26,381 nucleotides of DNA, taken from positions 1 through 26,381 of the IMG/VR virus record IMGVR_UViG_3300032225_000825. One strand, written 5' to 3'. Every line of letters starts with the position of its first letter. Position 1 is the first letter of the stretch. The notes below the pieces were generated by a model, which was not told the origin of the DNA, did not search any database, and was given only the letters and a program-made list of their open reading frames with translations. Of this stretch, positions 1 through 9,387 are shown in pieces. This DNA is from a virus. Lineage: Duplodnaviria; Caudoviricetes. The position numbers and the translations under genes are program-made.

Positions 1-1721
1 AGAGTCGCGGTAGGAGTCCCAGGCTGAGCACTGCTGTATTGGTTTGTCCAGTAACTTTTTACTGTAAAAGTCGTTTCGGTGTCTGGGGACCCAGTCCCCC
101 CGCCGATAGCAGTAATTCTAACGGATTTGAGGTTAAGAACGTCAGTTCTTGATGTAGAGGAGTTGGCGTCATTTTTAACCCCAGTTACGGTTATGAAATC
201 TCCCGCCTTAAACCCATGAGCTGCGCTAGTTTCATACGTAATCAGACCATTTCCAGTAGTTACATTCTGAATAGTTGCAGTTATCGTCGCTGTTGTGTTT
301 GTAATTACCTGATTAGTCAAATTAAAACCAGCGTTTGCAGCCCCAGTGTCTGTACTAGCACTCTTAATTCTGCGAAGAGTTACATAGTCTCCTGCAGCAA
401 ACTGCTCACTTACGTAGTATGTTGCGTTATCATGACCGCCAACGCCTCCAGAAGTCTTTGCGCGACTTACTGCGGCTTCAACGTACTTGACTGCTTGAAC
501 AGCAACGTTGGTTAAGTTGTATCCAGAGCCCGCAGTACCTCCAGAATTATTGGCGCTCTTTACACCTGTGACTGTAACGTTTTGCCCAACAGTAAACCGC
601 TGTCCAAAACTAGCGTCGTCCCATAGCGAGTAGCGGAATACGGAGCCATTATCTAAAGCTTTTGTAATCTTTGGGGAAGACCAGGAATCATTTACAGATA
701 CATGGATCTTAGTTCCTACCGTATCTGTTGCGGGAGTAAATGCAAAAATAGGCCATGTGCCATTAAATGTGTTCCCCGTGTTAGTCACACCTTGAAGGAG
801 AATCTTTTGGTCAGGCAGAGGGTAGAGCTTTCGGGTTGATTCATTAAGAGTAATAGTGAACCCAGTGTCAGTTACTGTTCCAGCTCCACTAGCAGTGCCA
901 CTAACAGAGCTTAGTACTGTAAATTGGGTAGAGCTGGCCGAATCAATAAGCGCGTTAGTCAGGTTAAAGGAAGTAGTACTAAAACCTGTAATGTTAACCC
1001 TTTGCCCCTTAAGAAACTCGTGGTTACTAAAGTAGGTAACCGTAGTCCCGTCCCCACTAGCCGAGGAAATAGCAGCGCTTCGTACTGAAATGTTTGTAAC
1101 AGCAGCATTTGGACGGTACCAAACAACGTTATTTCCGATAGTGTCGTACCCTACAAAAGCCACATCAAAAGTACCGTTAAATACGGAAGTAGCGTAAGTA
1201 ACGTCTGTGTCCGCGACCTTTCCCGTAGCAGAACCAGGAAAACCACTGATTTTGATGGTGTTGTACAGAGAGTTACTGGTGCTAAAGGGGTTGTCATTGG
1301 CAACAATAACCTTGCAGTAATTTTCGTAAGTAGACCCGATTTCATTCAAGAGATCGTCTTCAATGATTGCTGCACCAATAGCGCTTTGGTAACCAATTTG
1401 GCTAGAGATAGTCAGTGTAGTTGTTGCACTTACGTAGTTCGCGGGCTTGTAGCCGAACAAAGCGGCAAGATTCAACAACGACTCTCGTTGAGTTGCCGTA
1501 AGGATGTACGACTCATTCGCTACACGGTCAATGTAGTAGTTGACAAGGTCGCCCATGTAGGCGAAAGCCTCAATAATGGCAAGACCAAAGTCGCTAGGGT
1601 CATCGCCCTTCCAGTCCTTAACACGAGCTTGTACACGCGCAATAAGTTGCTCACGGATAGAGAAGTAATCCCTGCCCGTGTAATCTACAGAAAGAGTGGT
1701 TGTATTTGCTGGCGCGGTCAT
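1..1721 (-). CDS. Baseplate wedge protein (T4 gp6 / P2 gpJ-like) with inserted beta-rich repeats; 3' end beyond window
   Basis: Not in the ORF track. Manual translation from the ATG at 1721 (ATGA overlap with the gp25 stop) gives MTAPANTTTLSVDYTGRDYFSIREQLIARVQARVKDWKGDDPSDFGLAIIEAFAYMGDLVNYYIDRVANESYILTATQRESLLNLAALFGYKP, a typical wedge N-terminus. The frame stays open to base 1. Confidence 0.9.
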   Translation of the reverse strand, partial: MTAPANTTTLSVDYTGRDYFSIREQLIARVQARVKDWKGDDPSDFGLAIIEAFAYMGDLVNYYIDRVANESYILTATQRESLLNLAALFGYKPANYVSATTTLTISSQIGYQSAIGAAIIEDDLLNEIGSTYENYCKVIVANDNPFSTSNSLYNTIKISGFPGSATGKVADTDVTYATSVFNGTFDVAFVGYDTIGNNVVWYRPNAAVTNISVRSAAISSASGDGTTVTYFSNHEFLKGQRVNITGFSTTSFNLTNALIDSASSTQFTVLSSVSGTASGAGTVTDTGFTITLNESTRKLYPLPDQKILLQGVTNTGNTFNGTWPIFAFTPATDTVGTKIHVSVNDSWSSPKITKALDNGSVFRYSLWDDASFGQRFTVGQNVTVTGVKSANNSGGTAGSGYNLTNVAVQAVKYVEAAVSRAKTSGGVGGHDNATYYVSEQFAAGDYVTLRRIKSASTDTGAANAGFNLTNQVITNTTATITATIQNVTTGNGLITYETSAAHGFKAGDFITVTGVKNDANSSTSRTDVLNLKSVRITAIGGGTGSPDTETTFTVKSYWTNQYSSAQPGTPTAT

Positions 1722-2125
1722 TTAGAAAGCTCCTCATAAGGCGGGTTAGCATTAGAAACAACCATGACACCCGCCGCAGTTGTTTGTTCGGTTTTGTTGG
1801 GAAGAAGGTACCTTATCTCAGCAATAAGTGTATTCTCTTTAATGTTTTGTGTGGTGGTAACGTCGATCAGTTCAAGAAGAGGAAACTGCTCAATAAACAA
1901 CTTCGATGTTTCTCTACGAACAGTATCTTCCATATTAGTTAGCGTGTTAAACACCGCTTTAGAAATATCAACACCATAGGTAGGGCGCATGACTCTTTCC
2001 CCAACGAGTGTTTCCAAAGCCATTCTTACTCGGTTGTTCCAAATAGTAGCTTGGTCGCTAGTCGATACGATGGACCCCGTGTTAGGGTCCAAACTAAAAG
2101 GAAACCTCAGTGCTACTTCAGCCAT
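1718..2125 (-). CDS. Baseplate gp25 / GPW-like sheath initiator
   Basis: Motifs LRFPFS and LETLVGERVMRPTYGV, and position between hub and wedge. The likely start is the ATG at 2125 (MAEVAL, with GAGG upstream) rather than 2137. Confidence 0.9.
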   Translation of the reverse strand: MAEVALRFPFSLDPNTGSIVSTSDQATIWNNRVRMALETLVGERVMRPTYGVDISKAVFNTLTNMEDTVRRETSKLFIEQFPLLELIDVTTTQNIKENTLIAEIRYLLPNKTEQTTAAGVMVVSNANPPYEELSK

Positions 2126-3404
2126 TTGATGCCTCACTCTTCCACCTCTTTGGGCTAGTTAAATAGCCCTGAAGAGATTCAGAATTAATCGGGGTGTAAT
2201 CTTTAAGTGCAACGTCAGAAAACTCAAAGGACAAACTAGAAATCTGTCCGCTAATAGACGCTTCATTTAAGTTTACCGTGCCAGCTCCGTCTACGCTCCT
2301 AGTTCTAAAAGGAGTTTCTACAACGGCGTCTCCTACACCATCGGTAGAAACCGAAAGGTCGATCATATAATCCCCGATTTTATGGAACTTATGGCGAGCT
2401 TCGGTGACCATCCAGTACCCATCGGTAGTGACGCCAGTCCCAGCTACATAGATTACGCCAAAGGGGCGAATACGCGGGTCTCCTTGACCCATAATTGTTG
2501 CAGGGATACCGAATCGGGCCATTGCTGCCGCAGCTAAAGCCGCTTGGTCAGAGGCTACTCGGCTGTTGATTACTCGGTCAGTACGGAACTCGTCGAATAA
2601 AACGGGGCTAACTGTTTCCCGCAAAGGATCGGACCCTTCTGCTGGGCTAGACTTAGAAAGGAACAACTCACTTGTCTCGGGGTCCACACCGCCCACATTC
2701 TTTACCGCTCTCCAGTTAGACGAAGCCTCTACGTTATCTCCAAGAATAATTTTAAACTGGTCAAGAGTACGGTCTAGGTACTGGGTATTAAAAGGTGCCC
2801 CCGCATTACCTAAAGACATTACGGGCGCATTAGAAAACGTCATGTTAATAAGTTTGTCGAGCGGACGGAAAACAAAGTTCATTCCGTCTACAATGACCCC
2901 GTAACCAATACGTTTTGCCTGCTCGTTTATCCACTCCCAATAGGAATTGCCTGTAATTGCAAGCTGGTCAAAAACTTGAGGGTGCGAGTCAGTAAGCACG
3001 CTGAACCCAAACCCCTCAGCAATTAACTGGACTACTTGCGGAATAGTTTTGTTCTCAAAAATTCTAGTAACACGCTGCTTCATGGGAAAGGTAGCCCCAA
3101 CACAAACAACCTGCATAATGTTGGTTCTTTGAGGAGCGTTTACTTTCTGTATTGAGGATACGTATCCAATCCAGTTTTTTACAACTGTCTCTTGCCGCCA
3201 AGTAAATGACACGGGGGTTCCCGTTTTAAGAGTGTCAATCCACAGCGGACTTTCGGAACGGTACTCAAGAGTCAGAATATCGTGCTGGTATTGCTTTTGG
3301 TAAAGGTCAATCATTGCAGGTTGCGTCGTTAAAGACGGCAATGAGGGAAACTGCACATTAGTTGCTGTTCCCCTACGGTATTTATTTGATACGAGATTAG
3401 ACAC
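2118..3404 (-). CDS. Baseplate hub protein (T4 gp27 / P2 gpD-like, N-terminal VgrG-type domains)
   Basis: 428 aa. Motifs NSYWEWINEQAKRIGY and GQGDPRIRP...DGYWMVTEARHKF. Lies after the gpX-like gene. Confidence 0.8.
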   Translation of the reverse strand: MSNLVSNKYRRGTATNVQFPSLPSLTTQPAMIDLYQKQYQHDILTLEYRSESPLWIDTLKTGTPVSFTWRQETVVKNWIGYVSSIQKVNAPQRTNIMQVVCVGATFPMKQRVTRIFENKTIPQVVQLIAEGFGFSVLTDSHPQVFDQLAITGNSYWEWINEQAKRIGYGVIVDGMNFVFRPLDKLINMTFSNAPVMSLGNAGAPFNTQYLDRTLDQFKIILGDNVEASSNWRAVKNVGGVDPETSELFLSKSSPAEGSDPLRETVSPVLFDEFRTDRVINSRVASDQAALAAAAMARFGIPATIMGQGDPRIRPFGVIYVAGTGVTTDGYWMVTEARHKFHKIGDYMIDLSVSTDGVGDAVVETPFRTRSVDGAGTVNLNEASISGQISSLSFEFSDVALKDYTPINSESLQGYLTSPKRWKSEASNG

Positions 3405-3672
3405 TAGGTATCCGTAGCTGTGTTCCGATAGGGATGCTGAACGGGTCTAGGATCTCTGGGTTAAAGTCCATGATTTTCCACCAAAAAGCAGGGTTGCCGA
3501 GAAGTCTAGATGCAACAATGTCAATGCGATCACCTTGCACCCAGCTATACCAGTAAAATTGAGCTCGAGCACTAGGGAACGTCCTGTAAACACCAAGGCG
3601 ATAGGTCCCGTTTCGAGGATCTTCGGCCTTAATTACTTTTCCTTTAGCGTATCTACTATCTGAATAGATCAT
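3397..3672 (-). CDS. Tail protein X / LysM-like baseplate protein
   Basis: VQGDRIDIVASRLLGNPAFWWKIMDFNPEILDPFSIPIGTQLRIP is a LysM/gpX-type signature. Confidence 0.85.
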   Translation of the reverse strand: MIYSDSRYAKGKVIKAEDPRNGTYRLGVYRTFPSARAQFYWYSWVQGDRIDIVASRLLGNPAFWWKIMDFNPEILDPFSIPIGTQLRIPSV

Positions 3673-3675
3673 GTG

Positions 3676-4932
3676 TTAATTCCCTCGGAAGCCGTATGGG
3701 CGAGTGTTCGATGTATTCGGGGTTGTGTTGCTTGGGGGGTAGTCTGGAAGTCGTGCAAACCCAATATCCATCGTAGTGAATAGCGGCACCATTCTTGAGT
3801 CAAAGATAATGTGGTTCAAGTTAATGTTGTTGACTGTGCCCAAATACCGCAAGTTATTCCCCAAGTGAAGCTCTACGGGGATGGCAGGAAGCCATCCCAT
3901 ATCAGCAGTTCTTTTACCCCGAAGATAGCTGCTCATGGTAGTCCCCATTAGAACCCGCAGCAAATACTCGACGTCGTACATAGTTCCGTGCTCGTAAATA
4001 TCTTGCCCATCCTGCGTATATTTAGGAGGTACAGGATAAATGTCCCTAAAGTTATAGCTGTCTTTAAGAGAGCCGTCACTTTTGTAGTACTGCATATCAA
4101 ATATTCGGTTAATAATAACCTGGAAAGAGACCGATCCCTGAGAGCCCGAAACTCCCGCAAGGTTAAACATCTCCGTGCCACTTGTGATCATTGTGACGTC
4201 GACGTTAGGAGAGGTGTAGTACGACATGGACACATTGCCAGGGTTGTATTGGAATTGGAAACCGTAGTTGTGGTGGTCAAGACTGTTGGAACTAGTTGCA
4301 GCATTTGACCCAGAGTTCCAGGCTTTTAAGACCTGCTCAGAAGTAACAATCATTCCTTTACTGCCAGAAGCAGCTGTCCATAGTTGATTGGCCTGGGTTA
4401 TAGACGCAGGTAGGTTATCTGGCGACTGGATACCTATGCGCTCACGGTTTGCAGTTTGGCTGGAGACTCCCTCAAGAAAACTGGTTTTAGTACTAAAGTA
4501 CGCTTCCTTAACCGCACTTGCGTTGTATTTAAGCTCTTTTGCAGTGGGGTTGGGGTTAGCAGACAGCGCGGTTGAACTAAGCGCCGTCACGGTCCGTGCT
4601 AATGCGGTAGTAACATTTCTAGCGTTAGAGTCCTTACCAGCCTTGATTTCAACACTACCTAGTTGGGCTGAGATCAAAGCTGCGTTTACAGTTGAGCGGC
4701 TACTTTGAGCAGTAGCTAGGCCTTTTTTAGCAGCATCAAGCTGTTCTGGAGTACCAGCCGACTCTACCGCTCTTTGAAGCACAGCGATCTGGTCATCCAA
4801 AACGATTAGCTGAGTTGACAACTTTTGAATCTCGTCATCAATACTTTTTACCAAAGACTGGTTACGAGTAACAGCCGCTGCCTGTTTTCTGCTTTCAATA
4901 AGCTTGTCTCTTTGAGTTTTTGGGGCTGCCAT
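3676..4932 (-). CDS. Tail tube initiator-like protein with N-terminal coiled coil
   Basis: Motifs YGFQFQYNPGNVSMSY and YLGTVNNINLNHIIFDSRMVP resemble CIS tube-initiator proteins. Lies between tape measure and gpX. The first ~100 aa show a heptad-like pattern. Confidence 0.65.
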   Translation of the reverse strand: MAAPKTQRDKLIESRKQAAAVTRNQSLVKSIDDEIQKLSTQLIVLDDQIAVLQRAVESAGTPEQLDAAKKGLATAQSSRSTVNAALISAQLGSVEIKAGKDSNARNVTTALARTVTALSSTALSANPNPTAKELKYNASAVKEAYFSTKTSFLEGVSSQTANRERIGIQSPDNLPASITQANQLWTAASGSKGMIVTSEQVLKAWNSGSNAATSSNSLDHHNYGFQFQYNPGNVSMSYYTSPNVDVTMITSGTEMFNLAGVSGSQGSVSFQVIINRIFDMQYYKSDGSLKDSYNFRDIYPVPPKYTQDGQDIYEHGTMYDVEYLLRVLMGTTMSSYLRGKRTADMGWLPAIPVELHLGNNLRYLGTVNNINLNHIIFDSRMVPLFTTMDIGFARLPDYPPSNTTPNTSNTRPYGFRGN

Positions 4933-4934
4933 AG

Positions 4935-7745
4935 TTACATGCTTCCTGTGTTAGATGTAAGTGTGTTGCTGTCCAGGTACTGCTTAACCAGCTGTCCAAA
5001 TTTAATTGCGTCCGCAGAAGTTACGTCGGGAACCTGGACTGTAATGCTCACGTTGTTGTTGATGGGGGTACCACCAGCAGGGTTAGGGGGCCTAAAGCCG
5101 CCAGGGGGAGCTGTTGGGCTGGAAGGAAGAGCCCCAGTGTTCCCGTTCATGTACTTGTTCCAGTCGGCCCCAGACACTCCCATATTGGCAGCGATCTGTT
5201 TCATAGCCGAGGTAACACTGCTTTGGTTACCTGAGTAAAGTCCTTGCAAAATTTTCATTGCTCCAGTAGCAGCTGCAGGGGTCTTTTGGTAGCCCTTGGC
5301 TTCTTCTATAGCAGCGGATGCGGCCGAGATGTTGTAGCTAGATGCTCCTTGCACACTAGACCCCGAGTTACCCCATGACGAGCCATCCGAGTTAGTTCCA
5401 TTAGTAAGCATTCGCCCAGCATCACTCATAGACATTGTGGCACCGCTGAGCCCTTCTCCCTCTCGGAACTCCAAGTGAAGGTGGTTTCCTGTGGAGTGGC
5501 CTGTGCTGCCTACAAGGCCGAGCACATCGCCCTTTGCAACTTGCTGACCTACGCCTACTTGAATAGAGTCATCCAGCATGTGCGCGTAGATACTTGTAAT
5601 TACGCGGCCGTTACTTCCATAGTGGGCAACTGCAACCATGTTTCCATACCCACCGTTGGGGCCTGCAAACACGACTTTACCATTACCCACGGACTTAATC
5701 GGGGTGCCTCCAGAAAGACCGAAGTCCGTTCCTCCGTGAGGGTTGGAGTGGTCTCCATCAACAACGCCGTACTGGGTTGTGATGTTAACACCACTAAGCC
5801 AGTCAAAGTTAAACATTGGCTGAGGACCAGCTGAGTTAGTAGAGCCCATTCCAGAAAGATCTCGTGCATCCGAGAACCCGTTAGGTCCACCAGAACCTGC
5901 TTTTGAAGAAAGTCGGGTTGTCGACATCCCCATACCGCCGCCAGCTGTAAAGGATTGGCCAGAGGATTTCCTGCCTCCCATAACTTTTTTTCCACTAGAA
6001 ATGGCCATTGAGCCCTCAGGGCCACCGCCACCCATATTGGAAATGCCCATGACAGCACCGCCAATGGCTGCAGCAGAACCCAGGCTTGCCCCCATGCTTC
6101 CAGCAATCATTCCAGCCTCTAAAAGAGCGGGCATTGTTGAGTAGGGGGGCATAGACATATCCATACCAGCAATTGCGTCACCAATTCCTGACACACCCTT
6201 ACTGGCAAAGTCGACTACGGTGGTGAGGCCTTCAGTAAGCCCCTGCACTCGCTTGTTTCCAAACAGTGTCTGGATCATTGCAGACGCAGACCCAAGAGCC
6301 TTTACGAGGCCTCCAGACACGTCTGTCAAAAGTCCAAGAGCTTTAGTGGCCATGTTGATGCCGCTAATGTACGGGGTTTCGGCCCCGTTCATTGCCCCTG
6401 TTTCTTTTTGAGTCAGCTCATACTGAGCATTAAGGGGGTTACGGTTGCCTTCTGGCTGGGCCACCATGCTGTTCTGGGAAAGATCCATCTTCTTTCCACC
6501 AGCTCGTTCAATCATATACTGCTTGAACATTTGAGCGCCCTGCTGGTCTCCTTTAAAAAAGGAGTCAATAGTAACGCCTAGGGCACCTCGGCGGATTGAC
6601 GACTGAGTCTGCTCCACAGTGGCCTGACCACGTCCAGCGGTGAGTCGCTGAGCAAGCTCTTCAAAAATCTGGGATTGAGTCTTTTCTTTCCCTGTGTTAA
6701 GGTCTGCTGTGTAGATGCCGAAGTTACGAAGCATCTCAGCCGAGCCCCTTGCAGAAGTCAGGCCTTCAACAGAGGCCACTGCATCTTGGTTAGAGATGTT
6801 CATGTATCTACCCGCGTTAGCTACAGTACGCAAAGTTTGCTGGTAGGTACTGTTTGTGTTTTTAGAGGCAGACATTCCACGGCTTGCAAGGAACTGGGCT
6901 ACTTGAGCATCCGATCCAGGAGAGGTAATCCCCTGAAGAGCAGCCATTGTTCCATAAGTCATGTCACGGGTATCCGCACGACTTCTCTGATTGCCCCCGT
7001 ACAACGTAGCATTGTAATAGCCCGTAGCACGGTTCATTACGTCTCCTACCCCAGGTAGGAAGGAGTTAGTGGCATTAGACACCCCTCGTAGCAAAGAAAC
7101 CGTGTCGGATATCCCGTACATACTTGAAGAGATTCGGGCCTGGGATTCAGGAGGGAGACTGTTAAAAGACATCGCCCCAAACGTGCCGCCACTCTTGGCA
7201 AAAGCGTCCATGCTTCTAAGTCCAGTCTCAGCCCTGCCCGCCACCCGACCCATAAAAGTATCCTGGGTAAGAACTTTATCTCTAAGCGCTCTTTCACCAA
7301 GTTTGTCAGCCATTTTTGGAAGAAGACCATATGCAGAGTTGAAAGCTCCTGCGACTCCGCCAATGGGGCGACCAAATGCGTCGAATTTACCTGCGTAGGT
7401 ATTCCCCTCAGCATCTTTGCGGGTTCCCGCAGCCCTAGCTAAAATTTTTGGGGATAAAGCTTCGGGATGCTCGTTCATCTTAGTGTGGAGGATCGGCTTC
7501 CCGAACTCCATCATTCGCTTTGCTTTACGGAAATCGCTTTCCGCATCTGATACAGCTGCCTGAGAGCCGTCCATGACTGCACGGCTTTTGCCGTGGCCTC
7601 TCTGTCCGCCAGTACCTCCGACACCGCCACCAGACTTTGCGGCTTTAGTCATGCTGGATGCAATATTACGCCAATGTTCTTCGGTGGATTTGGCGTAAGA
7701 TTCGATCCGCTTCATAGCGGCTGTAAGCTCATCAAATTCTGACAT
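4935..7745 (-). CDS. Tape measure protein with C-terminal M23 metallopeptidase domain
   Basis: 936 aa, Ala/Gly-rich, directly after the chaperone pair. M23 motifs HGGTD (HxxxD), GGYGNMV, YAHM and STGNHLHLE (HxH) at about 5460-5800. Confidence 0.85.
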   Translation of the reverse strand: MSEFDELTAAMKRIESYAKSTEEHWRNIASSMTKAAKSGGGVGGTGGQRGHGKSRAVMDGSQAAVSDAESDFRKAKRMMEFGKPILHTKMNEHPEALSPKILARAAGTRKDAEGNTYAGKFDAFGRPIGGVAGAFNSAYGLLPKMADKLGERALRDKVLTQDTFMGRVAGRAETGLRSMDAFAKSGGTFGAMSFNSLPPESQARISSSMYGISDTVSLLRGVSNATNSFLPGVGDVMNRATGYYNATLYGGNQRSRADTRDMTYGTMAALQGITSPGSDAQVAQFLASRGMSASKNTNSTYQQTLRTVANAGRYMNISNQDAVASVEGLTSARGSAEMLRNFGIYTADLNTGKEKTQSQIFEELAQRLTAGRGQATVEQTQSSIRRGALGVTIDSFFKGDQQGAQMFKQYMIERAGGKKMDLSQNSMVAQPEGNRNPLNAQYELTQKETGAMNGAETPYISGINMATKALGLLTDVSGGLVKALGSASAMIQTLFGNKRVQGLTEGLTTVVDFASKGVSGIGDAIAGMDMSMPPYSTMPALLEAGMIAGSMGASLGSAAAIGGAVMGISNMGGGGPEGSMAISSGKKVMGGRKSSGQSFTAGGGMGMSTTRLSSKAGSGGPNGFSDARDLSGMGSTNSAGPQPMFNFDWLSGVNITTQYGVVDGDHSNPHGGTDFGLSGGTPIKSVGNGKVVFAGPNGGYGNMVAVAHYGSNGRVITSIYAHMLDDSIQVGVGQQVAKGDVLGLVGSTGHSTGNHLHLEFREGEGLSGATMSMSDAGRMLTNGTNSDGSSWGNSGSSVQGASSYNISAASAAIEEAKGYQKTPAAATGAMKILQGLYSGNQSSVTSAMKQIAANMGVSGADWNKYMNGNTGALPSSPTAPPGGFRPPNPAGGTPINNNVSITVQVPDVTSADAIKFGQLVKQYLDSNTLTSNTGSM

Positions 7746-7748
7746 GCC

Positions 7749-7913
7749 TTACAATCCCATCATGGTTTTTTTAAAATTTGAAGATAAAGTAAGCCAGTTT
7801 TGTCGTTCTCTTGGGCTTAGGTCTTTTATCTCTGCTAATGACCAGCCTGGAAACATATTGGACAATACAAGCCAGTCCATCATTAATATTTGATATTTTG
7901 TCAAACTAGAATC
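7749..7913 (-). CDS. Tail assembly chaperone second part (gp51 / 'T'-like), probably expressed by frameshift
   Basis: YQILMMDWLVLSNMFPGWSLAEIKDLSPRERQNWL matches the short W-S-L-x-E-I...ER chaperone pattern. It overlaps the upstream gene end in the +1 frame, and the ATG at 7883 has no SD. Confidence 0.7.
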   Translation of the reverse strand, partial: DSSLTKYQILMMDWLVLSNMFPGWSLAEIKDLSPRERQNWLTLSSNFKKTMMGL

Positions 7914-8712
7914 GAAACAACGCTCCGAGATTAAACGGAACCACGACCTCTCCATCACATTGGTCGCAAGGCAAAAAGAGGTCATCAAATTGTGGTCCAG
8001 GAAGTCTATTAGAAAGCTCTAAAGCAACTTTATTTCTATCCATAATTCCCAAACTTTGAATCTGGGCCTTGCCTAAAACAGGCTTTCCATCAATCTCTAA
8101 AATGCTGTTCTTTAGGAGAAGAGTATTCTTTTCTCCGTTATTGTTTTCATCGATAGAGGCAATCTCTTTTTGAAGTATTCCTGTAGGAAGAGTTACAAGA
8201 AATTTGTGGGTTTTTCCTTCAACCTCAAAGGTTCGATCTTTAATTGGGTCTACCAATACTTTGATAGGAACGTCTCTGTCAATGTCTATTGCAATGCTCT
8301 TAAACTCACTGCACTGTCCACAAAAACCTGGAAGCTCTACGTTATTTCCAAAGGTTGCTTTGTAAATACCGAGGACAATAGCATCTCTATCTCCAATGAT
8401 TAAGGAGTCAAGAATTTGCTCAGTTACGGGTTCTCCTCCAATAGAAACTGTCGCTTGGCGAAGAATAGTAGCATAGGCTTTAATTGCCCCTCCTCCTTTA
8501 CCAATAAGCTCTTCGTCTTTACCAGTAAGTTCTCGAACCTCTGCGGTACGGGCGACCTCCCCGCTAGCCATTACGTAGCCAGCGGGAAGGTTTACCGTAG
8601 TATCCGAAGGAGAGGTTAGTTGTACGGGTTGTTCAGGTTCTTCTACAGTTGCGTTTAGCACCTGCTCAATAATCTCGTTATTAAGCTGGGCTGCTTTTAC
8701 TGTGTTTTCCAT
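7906..8712 (-). CDS. Tail/baseplate-hub assembly chaperone (T4 gp26-like, two CxxC pairs)
   Basis: Motifs VRELTGKDEE, IGDRDAIVLGIYKATFG, CGQC and CDQC. Lies between tube and tape measure, with SD AGGAG. Confidence 0.75.
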   Translation of the reverse strand: MENTVKAAQLNNEIIEQVLNATVEEPEQPVQLTSPSDTTVNLPAGYVMASGEVARTAEVRELTGKDEELIGKGGGAIKAYATILRQATVSIGGEPVTEQILDSLIIGDRDAIVLGIYKATFGNNVELPGFCGQCSEFKSIAIDIDRDVPIKVLVDPIKDRTFEVEGKTHKFLVTLPTGILQKEIASIDENNNGEKNTLLLKNSILEIDGKPVLGKAQIQSLGIMDRNKVALELSNRLPGPQFDDLFLPCDQCDGEVVVPFNLGALFRF

Positions 8713-8735
8713 ATTTATTCTCCTAGTTTAGTTTG

Positions 8736-9368
8736 TTACGCGAACTTTGGTGCCGAGCCGCCTGCAGTGAGGTCAGTTCCCCATGACATGTCAAAGCCTT
8801 CATGAACCAGAGTCATCTGCTCCACGAACAAAGCATTGTCACCAGCATTCAGATCCGAATACGCGATTGAGGTCGGCCATGCGTTGTAGACCTGGAAACG
8901 AGCCGAAACATGGTCATTATAAGTTGCAGCGGTCAGCTCTGTGTTGTTACCTCCCGAACCAGCAATTGGGTGAGTGAGCACCTCAATCTCCACGTCAGCG
9001 CGGAAGTTCTCTCCAACTGTAGCGGTTGTACCATTCTGAACGGTTGCAAAAAGCTTGCGCATCCAGTTCCAGTGCTGCGGGGTGCCAAGAACAACACCAC
9101 GCTGCAGAGTGATTGGGGAGAATGTGGTCTGACCAGGAATCTGGTGAACCGTCGTGTTGTAGCCGCCTTCACGGTACGGGATGCTGTCGGTGTTAACCGA
9201 CAGACCCGAAACCGAAGTAAAACCAACAACAAACTTGTTAGTTTGCAGCCAAGAGTCGCCACCCTGTGCCCCGCCAGGAAGCGGCTTAAACGTGACCAAG
9301 AATCTAAAGTTCCTGATCGGATCCGTCTCGAGAGTCGAGCGGTTATTGATAATAGTTGGACCAGCCAT
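8736..9368 (-). CDS. Tail tube protein (T4 gp19 / eCIS tube family)
   Basis: Motifs DPIRNFRFLV, GFTSVSGL, YREGGYNTTVHQIPGQTTFSPITLQRGV and YNAWP...SDLNAG...LVHEG. Confidence 0.95.
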   Translation of the reverse strand: MAGPTIINNRSTLETDPIRNFRFLVTFKPLPGGAQGGDSWLQTNKFVVGFTSVSGLSVNTDSIPYREGGYNTTVHQIPGQTTFSPITLQRGVVLGTPQHWNWMRKLFATVQNGTTATVGENFRADVEIEVLTHPIAGSGGNNTELTAATYNDHVSARFQVYNAWPTSIAYSDLNAGDNALFVEQMTLVHEGFDMSWGTDLTAGGSAPKFA

Positions 9369-9387
9369 TTACTATTTTCTCCTTCGG

